64,000 nucleotides of DNA from Aquificaceae bacterium. Its GTDB lineage: Bacteria > Aquificota > Aquificia > Aquificales > Aquificaceae. Of this stretch, positions 26,919 through 40,851 are shown piece by piece. The notes under the pieces are model-generated. The model had not been told where the DNA came from. It ran no database searches and worked only from the letters and a program-made list of their open reading frames with translations. The translations under genes were made by a program, and so were the position numbers. The stretch covers positions 448,001 to 512,000 of the forward strand of contig JAXSNR010000002.1 of NCBI GenBank assembly GCA_037925075.1, written 5' to 3'. Every line of letters starts with the position of its first letter. Position 1 is the stretch's first letter.

Positions 26919-29414
26919 ATGAGACTTCTTTTAGAGGAGGGGGTGGTCTTACCAGAGATCCAAGACCACAAAAAGACAGCCCTTATAAGGGGCGGACAGG
27001 AGATAAGCTACGCAGAGCTTATAGAAAACATCTCCAGCTTTGCCACACTTATAGACATCCTACCAAATGAAAGGGTACTTCTATGTGCGGAAAACAGGCC
27101 CGAATGGGTCTATGCCCTCTACGGTGCATGGCAAAGGGGTGGGATTGTGGTCCCCGTGGACTTTATGTCCAGCGCCGATGAGATTCTTTACATCTTAAAG
27201 GAGACAGAGCCTTCCGTGGTCTTTTGTTCAAAGCAGACAGAAAAGACCGTCAGGGAAGCCCTTGAGAGGTCTGGAGTTGGGTCTCTCCTTTACAACTTTG
27301 ACACCTTGATTATGCCAAAACCTTATGGAAAGTCCATGAGCAGAGGTCTAAGCGAGACTGCCTTGATTCTATACACCTCTGGCACCACGGGACAACCAAA
27401 GGGTGTGATGCTAAGCTTTAAAAACTTGCTCTCCAACATAAGGGCTATAGAGAAGGTGGGCGTGGCGGGAAGAGAGGACAGAACCCTTGCCCTTTTGCCC
27501 TTCCATCATTCCTATCCTCTTATGGTGACCCTTCTTGTGCCCTTGTATCTTGGTGCGACGGTGGTCTTCTTGGAAAGGCTTAGCTCCGAAGAGCTTTTGA
27601 AAACTCTAAGGGAGTATAGGATCACCATCTTGGTGGGCGTTCCAAGACTTTACCAGCTTTTGCACCAAAAAATAATGGATGGGCTTAAGGCTAACCCTCT
27701 TGGAAGGCTCCTTTTTAAGCTCTCACCCTACATGGGGCAAAGGCTCAGGAGGATAGTCTTCGGAAGGGTTCACAAGGCTTTTGGGGGAAGCATAAGGTAT
27801 CTTGTGAGCGGGGGTGCCAAGCTACCCTTGGAGGTTGCCCTTGACCTTAACAGGCTTGGCTTTACCGTACTTGAAGGCTACGGTCTTACGGAGACCTCAC
27901 CCATAGTCTCCTTTAATCCACCTCAAAGGCCAAAGCTTGGCTCTGTGGGACTACCCATAGAGGAGGTGTATGTAAAGATAAGCCAAGAGGGAGAAGTGCT
28001 TGTAAGGGGTGTGAATGTGATGCAGGGCTACTACAAAAAACCAGAAGAAACCAAAAAGGCCTTCAAAGATGGTTGGCTACTCACCGGCGACCTTGGATAC
28101 CTTGACGAGGAGGGATACCTTTACATCACGGGTAGGAAAAAGGAGGTTTTGGTCCTCTCTGGTGGGAAAAAGGTAAACCCAGAGGAGCTTGAAAGTCTTA
28201 TATTGGTGGAGGGTAAGGGAAGAATAAAGGAAGTGGCGGTTTTGGAAGTAGATGGAACCGTAAAAGCCCTTGTCCTACCAGACTTTGAGCTTCTGAAAAG
28301 GGAAGGGGTCTTAAACCTTGAGGAGTTTGTCAGGTGGCAGGTGATTGACAAGGTAAACCAAAGGCTTCCAGAGTGGAAAAGGATAACGGGCTTTAGGCTG
28401 ATCAAGGAAGAGCTTCCAAAGACAAGGCTCGGAAAGCTAAGGAGGTTTTTGCTTCCTAATATATACCAGTCCGCAGAGGTGCATGGAGAAGGACAGGAAG
28501 ATAGGGAGGTGATGAGCGGTCAAGAAGGTCAAACCATAAGGTCCTTTTTGCAAAGGCTAACTCAGAGGGAGGTAAAGGGATACCACCACCTTGAGCTTGA
28601 CCTTGGACTGGATTCTCTTGGAAAGGTGGAGTTTCTTAGCTTCCTTGAGTCCACCTTTGGAGTTTCTATCACCGAAGAAGACCTTATAAAAAGTCCAACG
28701 GTGCAAGAGGTGGTAAGGCTTGTAATAGAAAGAAGGGAAAAGATGGAGCTTTCGCAGGTTCAGTGGAAGGAGATACTTCTGGGAGGAGAGCCTTACCAAC
28801 TGGAAGAGCATGCCCTTGCCTTTGGCACTGGAAGACTGGTTCTTAAAGCCTTCTTCCGCCTTTACAACCGCCTTGAGGTTTTTGGAGTGGAAAACCTTCC
28901 CGAGCCCCCCTTCATACTGGCACCCAACCATGCCAGCTATTTGGATGGCTTTGTTCTGGCTTGTGCCTTGCCGTCAAAGATAGCCCTAAGGACCTACTTT
29001 CTCGGAGCGGAAGAATACTTTAGAAATCCTGTAAGTGCCCTCTTTGGGAGGCTTGCCCATGTGATAACGGTCAATTTGGATAAAAAGCTAAAGGAATCTC
29101 TCCAAAAGACTGCATGGGCTTTGAGGCTTGGCAAGGTGGTGGTCATATTTCCAGAGGGTGCAAGGACAAGAGAGGGAAACCTTCTACCCTTTAGAAAGGG
29201 CTTTGCCTTGCTAAGCAAAGAACTTGGCGTGCCAGTGGTGCCTGTAGCCATAAAGGGAACTTATCAGTCCATGTCCATCTATGATAGGTTCCCAAAGCCT
29301 GCAAAGATAATAGTGGTCTTTGGACAGCCCATACACCCAGAGGGAAAGAGCTACGAGGAGGTGGTGGAGGAGACAAGGAGAGAGGTGGAAAGGCTACTCT
29401 CTAATAAATTATGA
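26919..29414 (+). CDS. Acyl-AMP ligase/acyl-CoA synthetase fused to a carrier domain and a PlsC-type acyltransferase
   Basis: YTSGTTGQPKG, GYGLTE, TGDLG; LGLDSL phosphopantetheine site; NHASYLD and FPEGAR. Confidence 0.9.
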   Translation: MRLLLEEGVVLPEIQDHKKTALIRGGQEISYAELIENISSFATLIDILPNERVLLCAENRPEWVYALYGAWQRGGIVVPVDFMSSADEILYILKETEPSVVFCSKQTEKTVREALERSGVGSLLYNFDTLIMPKPYGKSMSRGLSETALILYTSGTTGQPKGVMLSFKNLLSNIRAIEKVGVAGREDRTLALLPFHHSYPLMVTLLVPLYLGATVVFLERLSSEELLKTLREYRITILVGVPRLYQLLHQKIMDGLKANPLGRLLFKLSPYMGQRLRRIVFGRVHKAFGGSIRYLVSGGAKLPLEVALDLNRLGFTVLEGYGLTETSPIVSFNPPQRPKLGSVGLPIEEVYVKISQEGEVLVRGVNVMQGYYKKPEETKKAFKDGWLLTGDLGYLDEEGYLYITGRKKEVLVLSGGKKVNPEELESLILVEGKGRIKEVAVLEVDGTVKALVLPDFELLKREGVLNLEEFVRWQVIDKVNQRLPEWKRITGFRLIKEELPKTRLGKLRRFLLPNIYQSAEVHGEGQEDREVMSGQEGQTIRSFLQRLTQREVKGYHHLELDLGLDSLGKVEFLSFLESTFGVSITEEDLIKSPTVQEVVRLVIERREKMELSQVQWKEILLGGEPYQLEEHALAFGTGRLVLKAFFRLYNRLEVFGVENLPEPPFILAPNHASYLDGFVLACALPSKIALRTYFLGAEEYFRNPVSALFGRLAHVITVNLDKKLKESLQKTAWALRLGKVVVIFPEGARTREGNLLPFRKGFALLSKELGVPVVPVAIKGTYQSMSIYDRFPKPAKIIVVFGQPIHPEGKSYEEVVEETRREVERLLSNKL

Positions 29415-29433
29415 ACCGAAGGCTTGTCTGTAG

Positions 29434-32248
<2,815 letters not shown>

Positions 32249-32249
<1 letters not shown>

Positions 32250-33322
32250 TGCTCAGCACAGAGTTTGAAGAAAAGCTAAAAGCGGTAGAACAGAGGTATT
32301 TGGAATTACAGTATCAGCTTAGCAGTCCAGAGGTAGTATCAGACATAGAAAAGCTCACAAGGCTTGGAAAGGAGCTAAAAGAGATAGAAGAGGTCTACAA
32401 GGCATACAGAAACTACAAGAAACTACTCTCCGACCTTGAGCAGGCAAGGGAGCTTCTAAAAAACGAAGAGCTCAGGGACCTTGCAAAAGAAGAGATAGAA
32501 AGGCTCACACAGGAGCTAGAAAGATTAGAAAAAAACATAAAGATACTTCTTCTTCCCAAGGACCCGAGGGATAGCAAGAATGTGATACTGGAGATAAGGG
32601 CAGGTGTGGGTGGTGAAGAGGCGGCACTTTTTGTTGCGGACCTCCTTAACATGTATCAGAAATATGCGGAAGAAAAGGGTTGGAGGTTTAGCATACTCTC
32701 CACAAACAGAACAGGTCTTGGAGGATACAAGGAGGTGGTAGCCCTCGTAGAAGGTGAGGGTGTGTATTCAAGGCTTAAGTTTGAAAGTGGAGTCCATAGA
32801 GTTCAAAGGGTGCCCGTCACCGAGGCAGGGGGTAGGATACATACATCCACCGCAACCGTGGCGGTACTTCCAGAAACCGACGAGACGGAGATTCAAATAG
32901 ACCCAAAGGACCTAAAGGTTGAGACCTTCAGGGCAAGCGGTGCAGGCGGTCAGTATGTGAATACCACAGAAACTGCGGTAAGAATCACACACATTCCAAC
33001 TGGCATAAGCGTCTCCTGTCAGGATGAAAGGTCCCAGTTTCAAAACAGGCAGAAGGCTTTCAAGATTCTGTACGCAAGGCTTAAGGACTTTTATGAGAGG
33101 CAAAGGGAAGAGGAGATCTCAAAGGAAAGAAAACAGCAGGTGGGCACAGGAGAAAGAAGCGAAAAGATCAGGACCTACAACTTTCCTCAAAACAGGGTCA
33201 CAGACCACAGGATAAACCTAACCCTTTACAAATTGGGGGATGTACTTGAAGGCAAGTTGGATGAACTTATAGACGCCTTAGTGGAACACCACTTGGAGGA
33301 AAGGCTTAAAGCCATTGCATAA
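32249..33322 (+). CDS. prfA: Peptide chain release factor 1
   Basis: PVT specificity motif, GAGGQ, RTYNFPQ; start ATG 32249. Confidence 0.96.
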
Positions 33323-34169
33323 GCCTGTATGGTCTAAGGATATTGCCCTCAACAAGCCCAACCCCAATAAATGTATCGCCTTCGTAAAGCCTTACAAAAG
33401 CCCTTTCAAGGTTTTCTCTGAGCTTGACCACAGAGCCATGTCTTATTCTTCTTGAAAGCTCATCACCGAGGTTTATTCTTGGCATAAAGCTGAGAGCCTC
33501 TCCCACAGAGATTAAAAGTCCAGACAGGTCCTCTAAGGTTAGCAGTTTGCTATAAGCTATGGCCATTTCCACTCTAAAGCCACCTACACTCACCCTTCTG
33601 AGTTCAAGCACATGAGCACCGCAAGAAAGCCTTAGCCCAAGGTCATGAACGAGGCTCCTTATGTAGGTTCCAGAGGACACCTCAAAGAAAAGATCCACAA
33701 AAGGCAAAGCACAGCCCAAAAGCTCCGCCCTGTAGATGTAAACCTCCACAGGCTCCATTTCAACGCTTATGCCCTTCCTTGCCAACTGGTATGCCCTTTT
33801 GCCAGCAAGACGCTTTGCGGAAAAGGGTGGAGGCCTTTGGAGGATTTTTCCTACAAAATCCTTTAAGGTCTCCTTTATATGCTCACAGGACACTTCCACC
33901 GGCCTTGACTCAATAACTTCACCCTCCGCGTCATAGGTGTTGGTAATTTCGCCAAGCTTTGCCCTTGTAGTATATGCCTTATTAAGCCCGGTGAAGAACT
34001 GGGAGAACTTGGTGGCCTCTCCCACAAGGACTATGAGAAGCCCAGTAGCTATAGGGTCAAGGGTGCCAGCGTGCCCAACCTTTACTCTAAACCGCTTCCT
34101 TATTCCTTCGAGGACTTCCATGGATGTGGGTCCCTTAGGCTTGTCTACAAGGAGAACACCTGAGACCAT
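33306..34169 (-). CDS. truB: tRNA pseudouridine(55) synthase
   Basis: [26 protein letters not shown]. Confidence 0.96.
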   Translation of the reverse strand: MVSGVLLVDKPKGPTSMEVLEGIRKRFRVKVGHAGTLDPIATGLLIVLVGEATKFSQFFTGLNKAYTTRAKLGEITNTYDAEGEVIESRPVEVSCEHIKETLKDFVGKILQRPPPFSAKRLAGKRAYQLARKGISVEMEPVEVYIYRAELLGCALPFVDLFFEVSSGTYIRSLVHDLGLRLSCGAHVLELRRVSVGGFRVEMAIAYSKLLTLEDLSGLLISVGEALSFMPRINLGDELSRRIRHGSVVKLRENLERAFVRLYEGDTFIGVGLVEGNILRPYRLMQWL

Positions 34170-35101
34170 TAGCTTAGAAAATCCTTTAGATGCCTTTTCA
34201 TAGCCATGTTTCTGAGTTTTCTAAGTGCCCTCGTTTCTAACTGACGCACCCTTTCTCTGGAGATTTGCAGTATTTCCCCTATCTCCCTTAGAGTCCTAGG
34301 CTCTTCACCTCTTAAACCAAACCTCAGCTCTATAACCCTTCTTTCCTTCTCTGGGAGCCTGTCCAAAAGGTCCTCTATCTCCTTTTCTAGTACCTCGCTT
34401 ATTATCCTCTCTTCTACATCCGCGGTGCCATGCTGACTTAAAAAGTCTACAAAAAAGGTATCTTCATTTTCACCAACGGGTGCATCCAAAGATAGGGGGA
34501 CCTTGCAAAGTTGGAGGCATTTGTCCACTTCCTCTGGACTGATCCTGTAGCCCTCTTTTCTGATCTTCTTTTTTATCTCCTCTTCCGTGGGCTCACGACC
34601 CAGCTCTTTACTCAACTCGTTATAAAGCACATCTTTTGTGTATTCGTAGGCTATTTCCTCAGAGGTGGGTTCTCTCTCAAGCTCTTTGTAGAGCCTGCTG
34701 TATATACCGCTTATGCGGTTTATAAGATGGGACTGTTTTATAGGAATTCTCACCGCACCCGTTTGCTGAGAGAGAGCTTGCATTATGGCCTGTCTTATCC
34801 ACCAAACCGCATAGGATATAAACTTTACGCCACGGTCTGGGTCAAACCTCTTTGCCGCCTCAATGAGGCCATGGTTGCCCGCAGCTATAAGCTCAGACAG
34901 GGGAAGACCATAGCCCAAATACTGCTTTGCTATGCTTATAACAAATCTGAGGTTTGACTCCACAAGTCTTCTAAAAGCCTGCTGGTCTCCTTCTTTTGCC
35001 CTCCTGGCCACCTCCTTTTCTTCTTCCGGGGTAAGAAGGGGGATTTTGGACACCTTTTTAAGGTATTGGTTTATTATCTCTTGTTCAGTATCTGGTATCA
35101 T
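34169..35101 (-). CDS. Sigma-70 family group-2-like (RpoS-like) sigma factor
   Basis: NLRFVISIAK, KFISYAVWWIRQ, RERVRQLE; no region 1.1. Confidence 0.88.
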   Translation of the reverse strand: MIPDTEQEIINQYLKKVSKIPLLTPEEEKEVARRAKEGDQQAFRRLVESNLRFVISIAKQYLGYGLPLSELIAAGNHGLIEAAKRFDPDRGVKFISYAVWWIRQAIMQALSQQTGAVRIPIKQSHLINRISGIYSRLYKELEREPTSEEIAYEYTKDVLYNELSKELGREPTEEEIKKKIRKEGYRISPEEVDKCLQLCKVPLSLDAPVGENEDTFFVDFLSQHGTADVEERIISEVLEKEIEDLLDRLPEKERRVIELRFGLRGEEPRTLREIGEILQISRERVRQLETRALRKLRNMAMKRHLKDFLS

Positions 35102-35105
35102 GTTC

Positions 35106-36509
35106 TCACCTCAGCCTGAGCACAAGGAAAAGGTTGTTGCCCCTTCTTCTTATGAGTAGAAGAGCGCTTTCTCTGCCTGCCTGTCTGAGGGCATCTATGT
35201 TCTGTTGGAATTCCCTTACGTTTGAAACGGGTCTGTTGCCCACCTGAAGTATAACATCTCCTGAAATTATACCGCTCTGCATGGCAAGGCTGTTGGGATT
35301 AACCCTTACCACAAGAACCCCCTTAGTGCCGAGCCTCCTCTCTTCCTCTGGAGTGAGGTCCCTGAGAACAAGCCCAAGTTCCGCCTCACCAAGCTCTTCC
35401 CCGGCTGTGGGCATCTCTTCCGGCATTTCTCCTACCTTTATTCTTAGGCTTATCTCCTTGCCTTCCCTTATTACCTTTAGGTTTATCTCCTTACCCGGCT
35501 CTGTCCTCATTATTTTGAATTGAAGCTCCCTTACCTCGCTCACCCTTTGACCGTCTACCTCAACCACCACGTCCCCGACTCTGAGACCACCCTTGTCCGC
35601 AGGGCTTCCGGGCATTATCTGGGCTATTATTACACCCTCCGCTATTCCAAGGCTTTCCGCCATATCTGGTGTTATATCCTGTATAACTACACCAAGCCAG
35701 CCCCTTGTGACCTTGCCTTTGGCTATCAGTTGGTCTGCGACCCATTTGGCTAGGTTTATGGGTATGGCAAAGCCAAGCCCCTGTCCTTCTGCCAGTATGG
35801 CGGTGTTTATACCTATCACCTCGCCCCTTATGTTCACAAGGGGTCCTCCAGAGTTTCCCGGGTTTATAGCGGCGTCTGTTTGGATAAAGCTCTCATACTG
35901 AGTTATGCCTATTGCCCTCCTCAAGGCGGATATTACACCCACCGTTACAGTCCTTTCAAGCCCGTATGGGTTTCCGATGGCTATAACCAACTGACCCACC
36001 TTTAGCTTATCTGAATCGCCGAGCTTTGCTACCCTACCCTCTGGGTTCTGAATGTCTTTGTCGTCAACTTCTATTACCGCCACGTCCGTTTTTGGGTCTG
36101 TGCCTACTATTTTTGCTCTCTTTTCTTTATGCCTGTCAAACCTAACCCTTATGGCTCTTGCGTTCTGCACCACGTGGCTGTTGGTTAGTATGTAAAACTT
36201 GCCCTTTTTGTAGTCTATTATCACGCCAGAGCCCAAAGACCTCCTTTCTTGGGGTGGAATCTGGAAGGGAAAGGGAAATTCAAGGTTGGTAGCCTCTTGA
36301 GTGGCAAATATGGTTACCACGGAGGGTGAGACCGCTTCCACTATGGCGGTTAGTTCCTGTTCAAACTGAGAAAGCACTTGAGAGGAAACCACCGGTTTAT
36401 CCTGTGGAGGAGGTGTGTTTGCCTTTTGAAGGGTCTGTGCCTTACAACCAAGAAGAAATAAAAGACTTATGAAAAAGGCACTAAGCAGAGCCATCTTTTT
36501 CCTCCTCAT
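35106..36509 (-). CDS. DegP/HtrA serine protease with two PDZ domains
   Basis: LGSGVI, TNSHV, TDAAINPGNSGGPL; lipobox-like LLGC. Confidence 0.95.
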   Translation of the reverse strand: MRRKKMALLSAFFISLLFLLGCKAQTLQKANTPPPQDKPVVSSQVLSQFEQELTAIVEAVSPSVVTIFATQEATNLEFPFPFQIPPQERRSLGSGVIIDYKKGKFYILTNSHVVQNARAIRVRFDRHKEKRAKIVGTDPKTDVAVIEVDDKDIQNPEGRVAKLGDSDKLKVGQLVIAIGNPYGLERTVTVGVISALRRAIGITQYESFIQTDAAINPGNSGGPLVNIRGEVIGINTAILAEGQGLGFAIPINLAKWVADQLIAKGKVTRGWLGVVIQDITPDMAESLGIAEGVIIAQIMPGSPADKGGLRVGDVVVEVDGQRVSEVRELQFKIMRTEPGKEINLKVIREGKEISLRIKVGEMPEEMPTAGEELGEAELGLVLRDLTPEEERRLGTKGVLVVRVNPNSLAMQSGIISGDVILQVGNRPVSNVREFQQNIDALRQAGRESALLLIRRRGNNLFLVLRLR

Positions 36510-37162
36510 TCTCTAACCTCACAGGAAAAGAATAAAACTCTGAAGAGGGCCTTGTCAATTTTGTATATCATACTTTCAATCCCCTTCTTTGAGATTATAC
36601 CACCCTTGGAGAGTGGATTAAAGGAGGAACCCGTATAGTGGAAAAACCTCACCAAGTCCCACCCACTAAAGGGTATGGGAAGGTCCTCAAGAAAAAACGC
36701 CCTTATTTTGGCCCTTTCTTTGAGAAGACTGAGGACATCTTCCACTTTTGGAAAGGGAAAGCCAAACTCTGGCAGGCTTCCTCTCACTGGCATGGCACAG
36801 AGAAAAAGCCCTCTACAAACCCTGATGGTTTCTGGTATGCTTTTGCTCAGGTCAGTCCAGTGAAGGGCAAAATTGCTTATCACGCAGTCAAAGCTCTTAT
36901 CTTTAAAAGGTAAGGCTTGGGCATCCCCGAGTACAGCCACGCCAAACCTCTCTTTGTAAACCCTTGCCATACCCATGGCTATATCTACGCCAACCACCTT
37001 TTCAAGACCTTCACTGAGAAACCCTGTGCCGCATCCAAGGTCAAGGACACGCCCCTCTATCCTTTCAAGGGCTCTGAGTTTTTGTGCGGAGTGCCTCTGA
37101 GGGGTTGCCCACTCTTCGTAGCTACCGCAGGCTCTTGAGAACCTCAAAGATAAGACTTTCAT
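36506..37162 (-). CDS. bioC: Malonyl-ACP O-methyltransferase (BioC-like)
   Basis: RFSRA..SY, VLDLGCGTG, SNFALHW; next to a bioH-like gene. Confidence 0.75.
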   Translation of the reverse strand: MKVLSLRFSRACGSYEEWATPQRHSAQKLRALERIEGRVLDLGCGTGFLSEGLEKVVGVDIAMGMARVYKERFGVAVLGDAQALPFKDKSFDCVISNFALHWTDLSKSIPETIRVCRGLFLCAMPVRGSLPEFGFPFPKVEDVLSLLKERAKIRAFFLEDLPIPFSGWDLVRFFHYTGSSFNPLSKGGIISKKGIESMIYKIDKALFRVLFFSCEVRE

Positions 37163-37868
37163 CCTCTGGAAAGTGTCCTCCTGGGAAGGTTATTAATTTA
37201 GACCTTCTTAGCATGTTGTAAAGGGTAAGGGCGGAAGAGAAGGGGGTTATGGGGTCATAAAGACCGTGAAGGATATAAACCCTTTGCCTTATGTGTGGCA
37301 GTATGGGTCTTATGTCAAGCTCCATGTAGTCTTTGAGAAGTCTCTTTGCTCCTTCTACGTGGATGCTGTCTTCAAAAGCCTTTGGATAGGCAAGGCTTCT
37401 AAACTCTTTGAGAAAAGCTTCTCCTTCCCTTTCAAGCCTTAGCAAAAAACTCCTTAGGTTTTTTCTGCTCCATATACAGCCAAAGCAGGCACTGGTTCCT
37501 ATAAGCAAGGATGCCCTAACCTTTTCTGGGTACAGGTAGGCTATCAGGAGTGCCAAGCTTGCACCCAAAGACCAGCCAATAAGGATAGAAGATTTGGGAA
37601 TTTTTAAGGCTATAGTTTTTGCAAGATTGTGAAGCCCTTCATAAGTTAAGGTGCTTTTTCCATGAAAGGGAAGGTCAAAGGAGGGAACGCCTTTTAGGAC
37701 TTTTGAGCTAAAGCCCCATCCATGAAGAAAGAAAAGCGGGTCCGGAGGGACTCGAACCCCCGACCTAGGGATTAGAAATCCCTTGCTCTGTCCAGCTGAG
37801 CTACGGACCCTCGGGGTGGCAGGACTTGAACCTGCGACCTTTGGCTCCCAAAGCCAACGCTCTCCCAC
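37122..37868 (-). CDS. bioH: BioH-like pimeloyl-ACP methyl ester esterase; conserved part 37122-37736, start uncertain
   Basis: FLHGWG, DLPFHG, GWSLG, HGLYDP, GGHFP; the frame runs stop-free through two tRNA genes to GTG 37868. Confidence 0.7.
   Translation of the reverse strand: MGERWLWEPKVAGSSPATPRVRSSAGQSKGFLIPRSGVRVPPDPLFFLHGWGFSSKVLKGVPSFDLPFHGKSTLTYEGLHNLAKTIALKIPKSSILIGWSLGASLALLIAYLYPEKVRASLLIGTSACFGCIWSRKNLRSFLLRLEREGEAFLKEFRSLAYPKAFEDSIHVEGAKRLLKDYMELDIRPILPHIRQRVYILHGLYDPITPFSSALTLYNMLRRSKLITFPGGHFPEDESLIFEVLKSLR
37737..37810 (-). tRNA. tRNA-Arg(TCT), CCA not encoded
   Basis: Acceptor GGGTCCG/CGGACCC, anticodon arm AGGGA-TTTCTAA-TCCCT, T loop GGTTCGAGTCC. Confidence 0.95.
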
Positions 37869-37883
37869 CTGAGCTACACCCCG
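37811..37883 (-). tRNA. tRNA-Pro(TGG), CCA not encoded
   Basis: Acceptor CGGGGTG/CACCCCG, anticodon arm TTGGC-TTTGGGA-GCCAA, T loop GGTTCAAGTCC. Confidence 0.95.
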
Positions 37884-37901
37884 TAGATATAAAATTATAC
37901 C

Positions 37902-38927
<1,026 letters not shown>

Positions 38928-38988
38928 TTATTATAGCACCCTAAAACTTTAATGGAAGCCTACTCTTCTGTGATATGATTTTTAAACT

Positions 38989-40197
38989 ATGCGTGTGGCT
39001 TTTCTAAGACAGGGAAAGGAGCTTGGGATCAACAGGCATGTGTTGTCTTTTCTTGAGGCTTTCAGAGAAAAGGGTGTGGAGGTTCAGGACTTTGACCTAA
39101 CTGAGGGCGACCTTCAGGAGGTGGTAAACAGGCTTTTGGAGTTTTCTCCTCTTTTTACCCTTGACCTTAACGGTAGCTGTGTGGTCTTCGGAGAAAGGGA
39201 TGGTCAAAGGCTTCCCATTTTTGACGCCTTTGGCTTTGTCCATGTGAGCCTCTTTACCGACGAGCCACTCTTTCACTTCCCAGTTCTCTTTGACCTAAGA
39301 CAGGCGAACAACTTCCTCCCTGTGATTACGGACCTCAAGTATGCGGACAGCCTAAAGTTTCTTGGGCACGAAAGGGGCACCTTCTACATAACCCCCTTTG
39401 TGGACCCAAGCCAGATGCCAGAACCTCCTGAGGAAAAGGACATACAGGTGGTCTTTCTTGGACCTGCGGTGGACCCCAATATAATAGCCCAACAGGCCCT
39501 TCAGAACCTAAAGGAAGACCTTGTCCCTTACTTCTTTGAGGTGGGCGAGTTTCTCTTCAGAAACCCTGAGGCACATCTCCTGTATGCCAGTGAATACATA
39601 CTTTCTATGTTTAACCCAAGCTTCCAAGAAGAGTTTGCAAGATGGCGTCAGGAAAATCCTCAGGATTACATAAGGCTTCTCAACGATATAAGCTTTTTTG
39701 CAACCGCCAGAAAAAGGTGGTACATCCTTAGCTTCCTTGAGGGTATAAACCTAAAAATAGTTGGTGCCTTTGAGGGTGAGCTAAGGGAAGGGCATGAGCA
39801 TGTACCAATACAAAACTGGGACCAAGCCCTTGATATCATAGGAAGGTCCCACATGACCCTTCTTAGCTACCCCCATGCGGTTCCCACCGGTGTGGGCTTT
39901 GCACCTTTGGAAGTGGCCTTTATGGGTAGTGCGCCCCTTATAGATTTTAGGGCAACCCTGCCGGGCTTTTTCAGTCCCGGGCAAGAGGTGATAACCTATT
40001 TCCCCCTTGACAGGGCGGATATAGAGGAGAAGGTGGTTTATTATCTTGAAAACCTTGATGAAGCCAGAGAGATAGGAAGAAGAGCAAGAGAGAAGGTGTT
40101 GCAAAGCTATACACCCCAAGACAGAGCAGAGTTTCTGCACAAGATGTTTGAGGATATGGTTTCTCAGGCTAAAGCTAAGCAAAACAGTGAAAGCTGA
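38989..40197 (+). CDS. CgeB-like GT-B glycosyltransferase
   Basis: C-terminal FFSPGQEVITY..EEKVVYYL..AREIGRRAREKVLQSYT. Confidence 0.65.
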   Translation: MRVAFLRQGKELGINRHVLSFLEAFREKGVEVQDFDLTEGDLQEVVNRLLEFSPLFTLDLNGSCVVFGERDGQRLPIFDAFGFVHVSLFTDEPLFHFPVLFDLRQANNFLPVITDLKYADSLKFLGHERGTFYITPFVDPSQMPEPPEEKDIQVVFLGPAVDPNIIAQQALQNLKEDLVPYFFEVGEFLFRNPEAHLLYASEYILSMFNPSFQEEFARWRQENPQDYIRLLNDISFFATARKRWYILSFLEGINLKIVGAFEGELREGHEHVPIQNWDQALDIIGRSHMTLLSYPHAVPTGVGFAPLEVAFMGSAPLIDFRATLPGFFSPGQEVITYFPLDRADIEEKVVYYLENLDEAREIGRRAREKVLQSYTPQDRAEFLHKMFEDMVSQAKAKQNSES

Positions 40198-40850
40198 TGT
40201 TTCCCACCTTTGGCACCCTTGTGAACGCAGGGCTCATTCTGGTTGGTAGCCTTGTGGGCAGTAGGCTATCAGGGGCCATTCCAGAAGGGTTAAGAATTTC
40301 CCTCATGCAAGGGATAGGACTTTTTACCCTTATTCTTGGGATTAGGCTAATCTCGGAGAACAAGCCTGAACTTTTGAAGGTTTTCTTTCTTTTGGTGGTT
40401 GGCTCTCTTATTGGTAGTTTCCTAAAGCTTGAGGAGAGAATTGAGAGCTTAACCAGCAAGCCATCGGACATTACCAAGGGCTTCCTTTCCGCTTCCCTTC
40501 TCTTTACGGTTGGACCCATGACCCTTATGGGTTGTATCCTTGAGGGTGCAAAGGGCGATAGCTCCCTAATACTCTCAAAGGCTTTTATGGATGGCTTTTC
40601 TTCCATAATTCTGTCTTCATCCTTGGGTAAGGGCGTTTTCTTCTCCGCGCTGTATGTTCTTCTTTTTCAGGGCTTTATCACCCTTACCGCCTACTTTTTT
40701 GGGGAGTTTCTAAGGGAGCAAGCTATGGCAAATGCCCTGTTCATTGGAGGTGGCTTAATGCTTCTTACCGCTATGAAGATGCTTGAGGTGTTAAGGGATG
40801 TGAAGATTCTAAACCTTATGCCATCCCTTGTGCTTGCACTGTTCTTATAA
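40197..40850 (+). CDS. DUF554 (YdfK-like) membrane protein
   Basis: GTLVN, GF.SASLLFTVGPM, KAFMDG, LG.GV, NLMPSL. Confidence 0.85.
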   Translation: MFPTFGTLVNAGLILVGSLVGSRLSGAIPEGLRISLMQGIGLFTLILGIRLISENKPELLKVFFLLVVGSLIGSFLKLEERIESLTSKPSDITKGFLSASLLFTVGPMTLMGCILEGAKGDSSLILSKAFMDGFSSIILSSSLGKGVFFSALYVLLFQGFITLTAYFFGEFLREQAMANALFIGGGLMLLTAMKMLEVLRDVKILNLMPSLVLALFL

Positions 40851-40851
40851 A

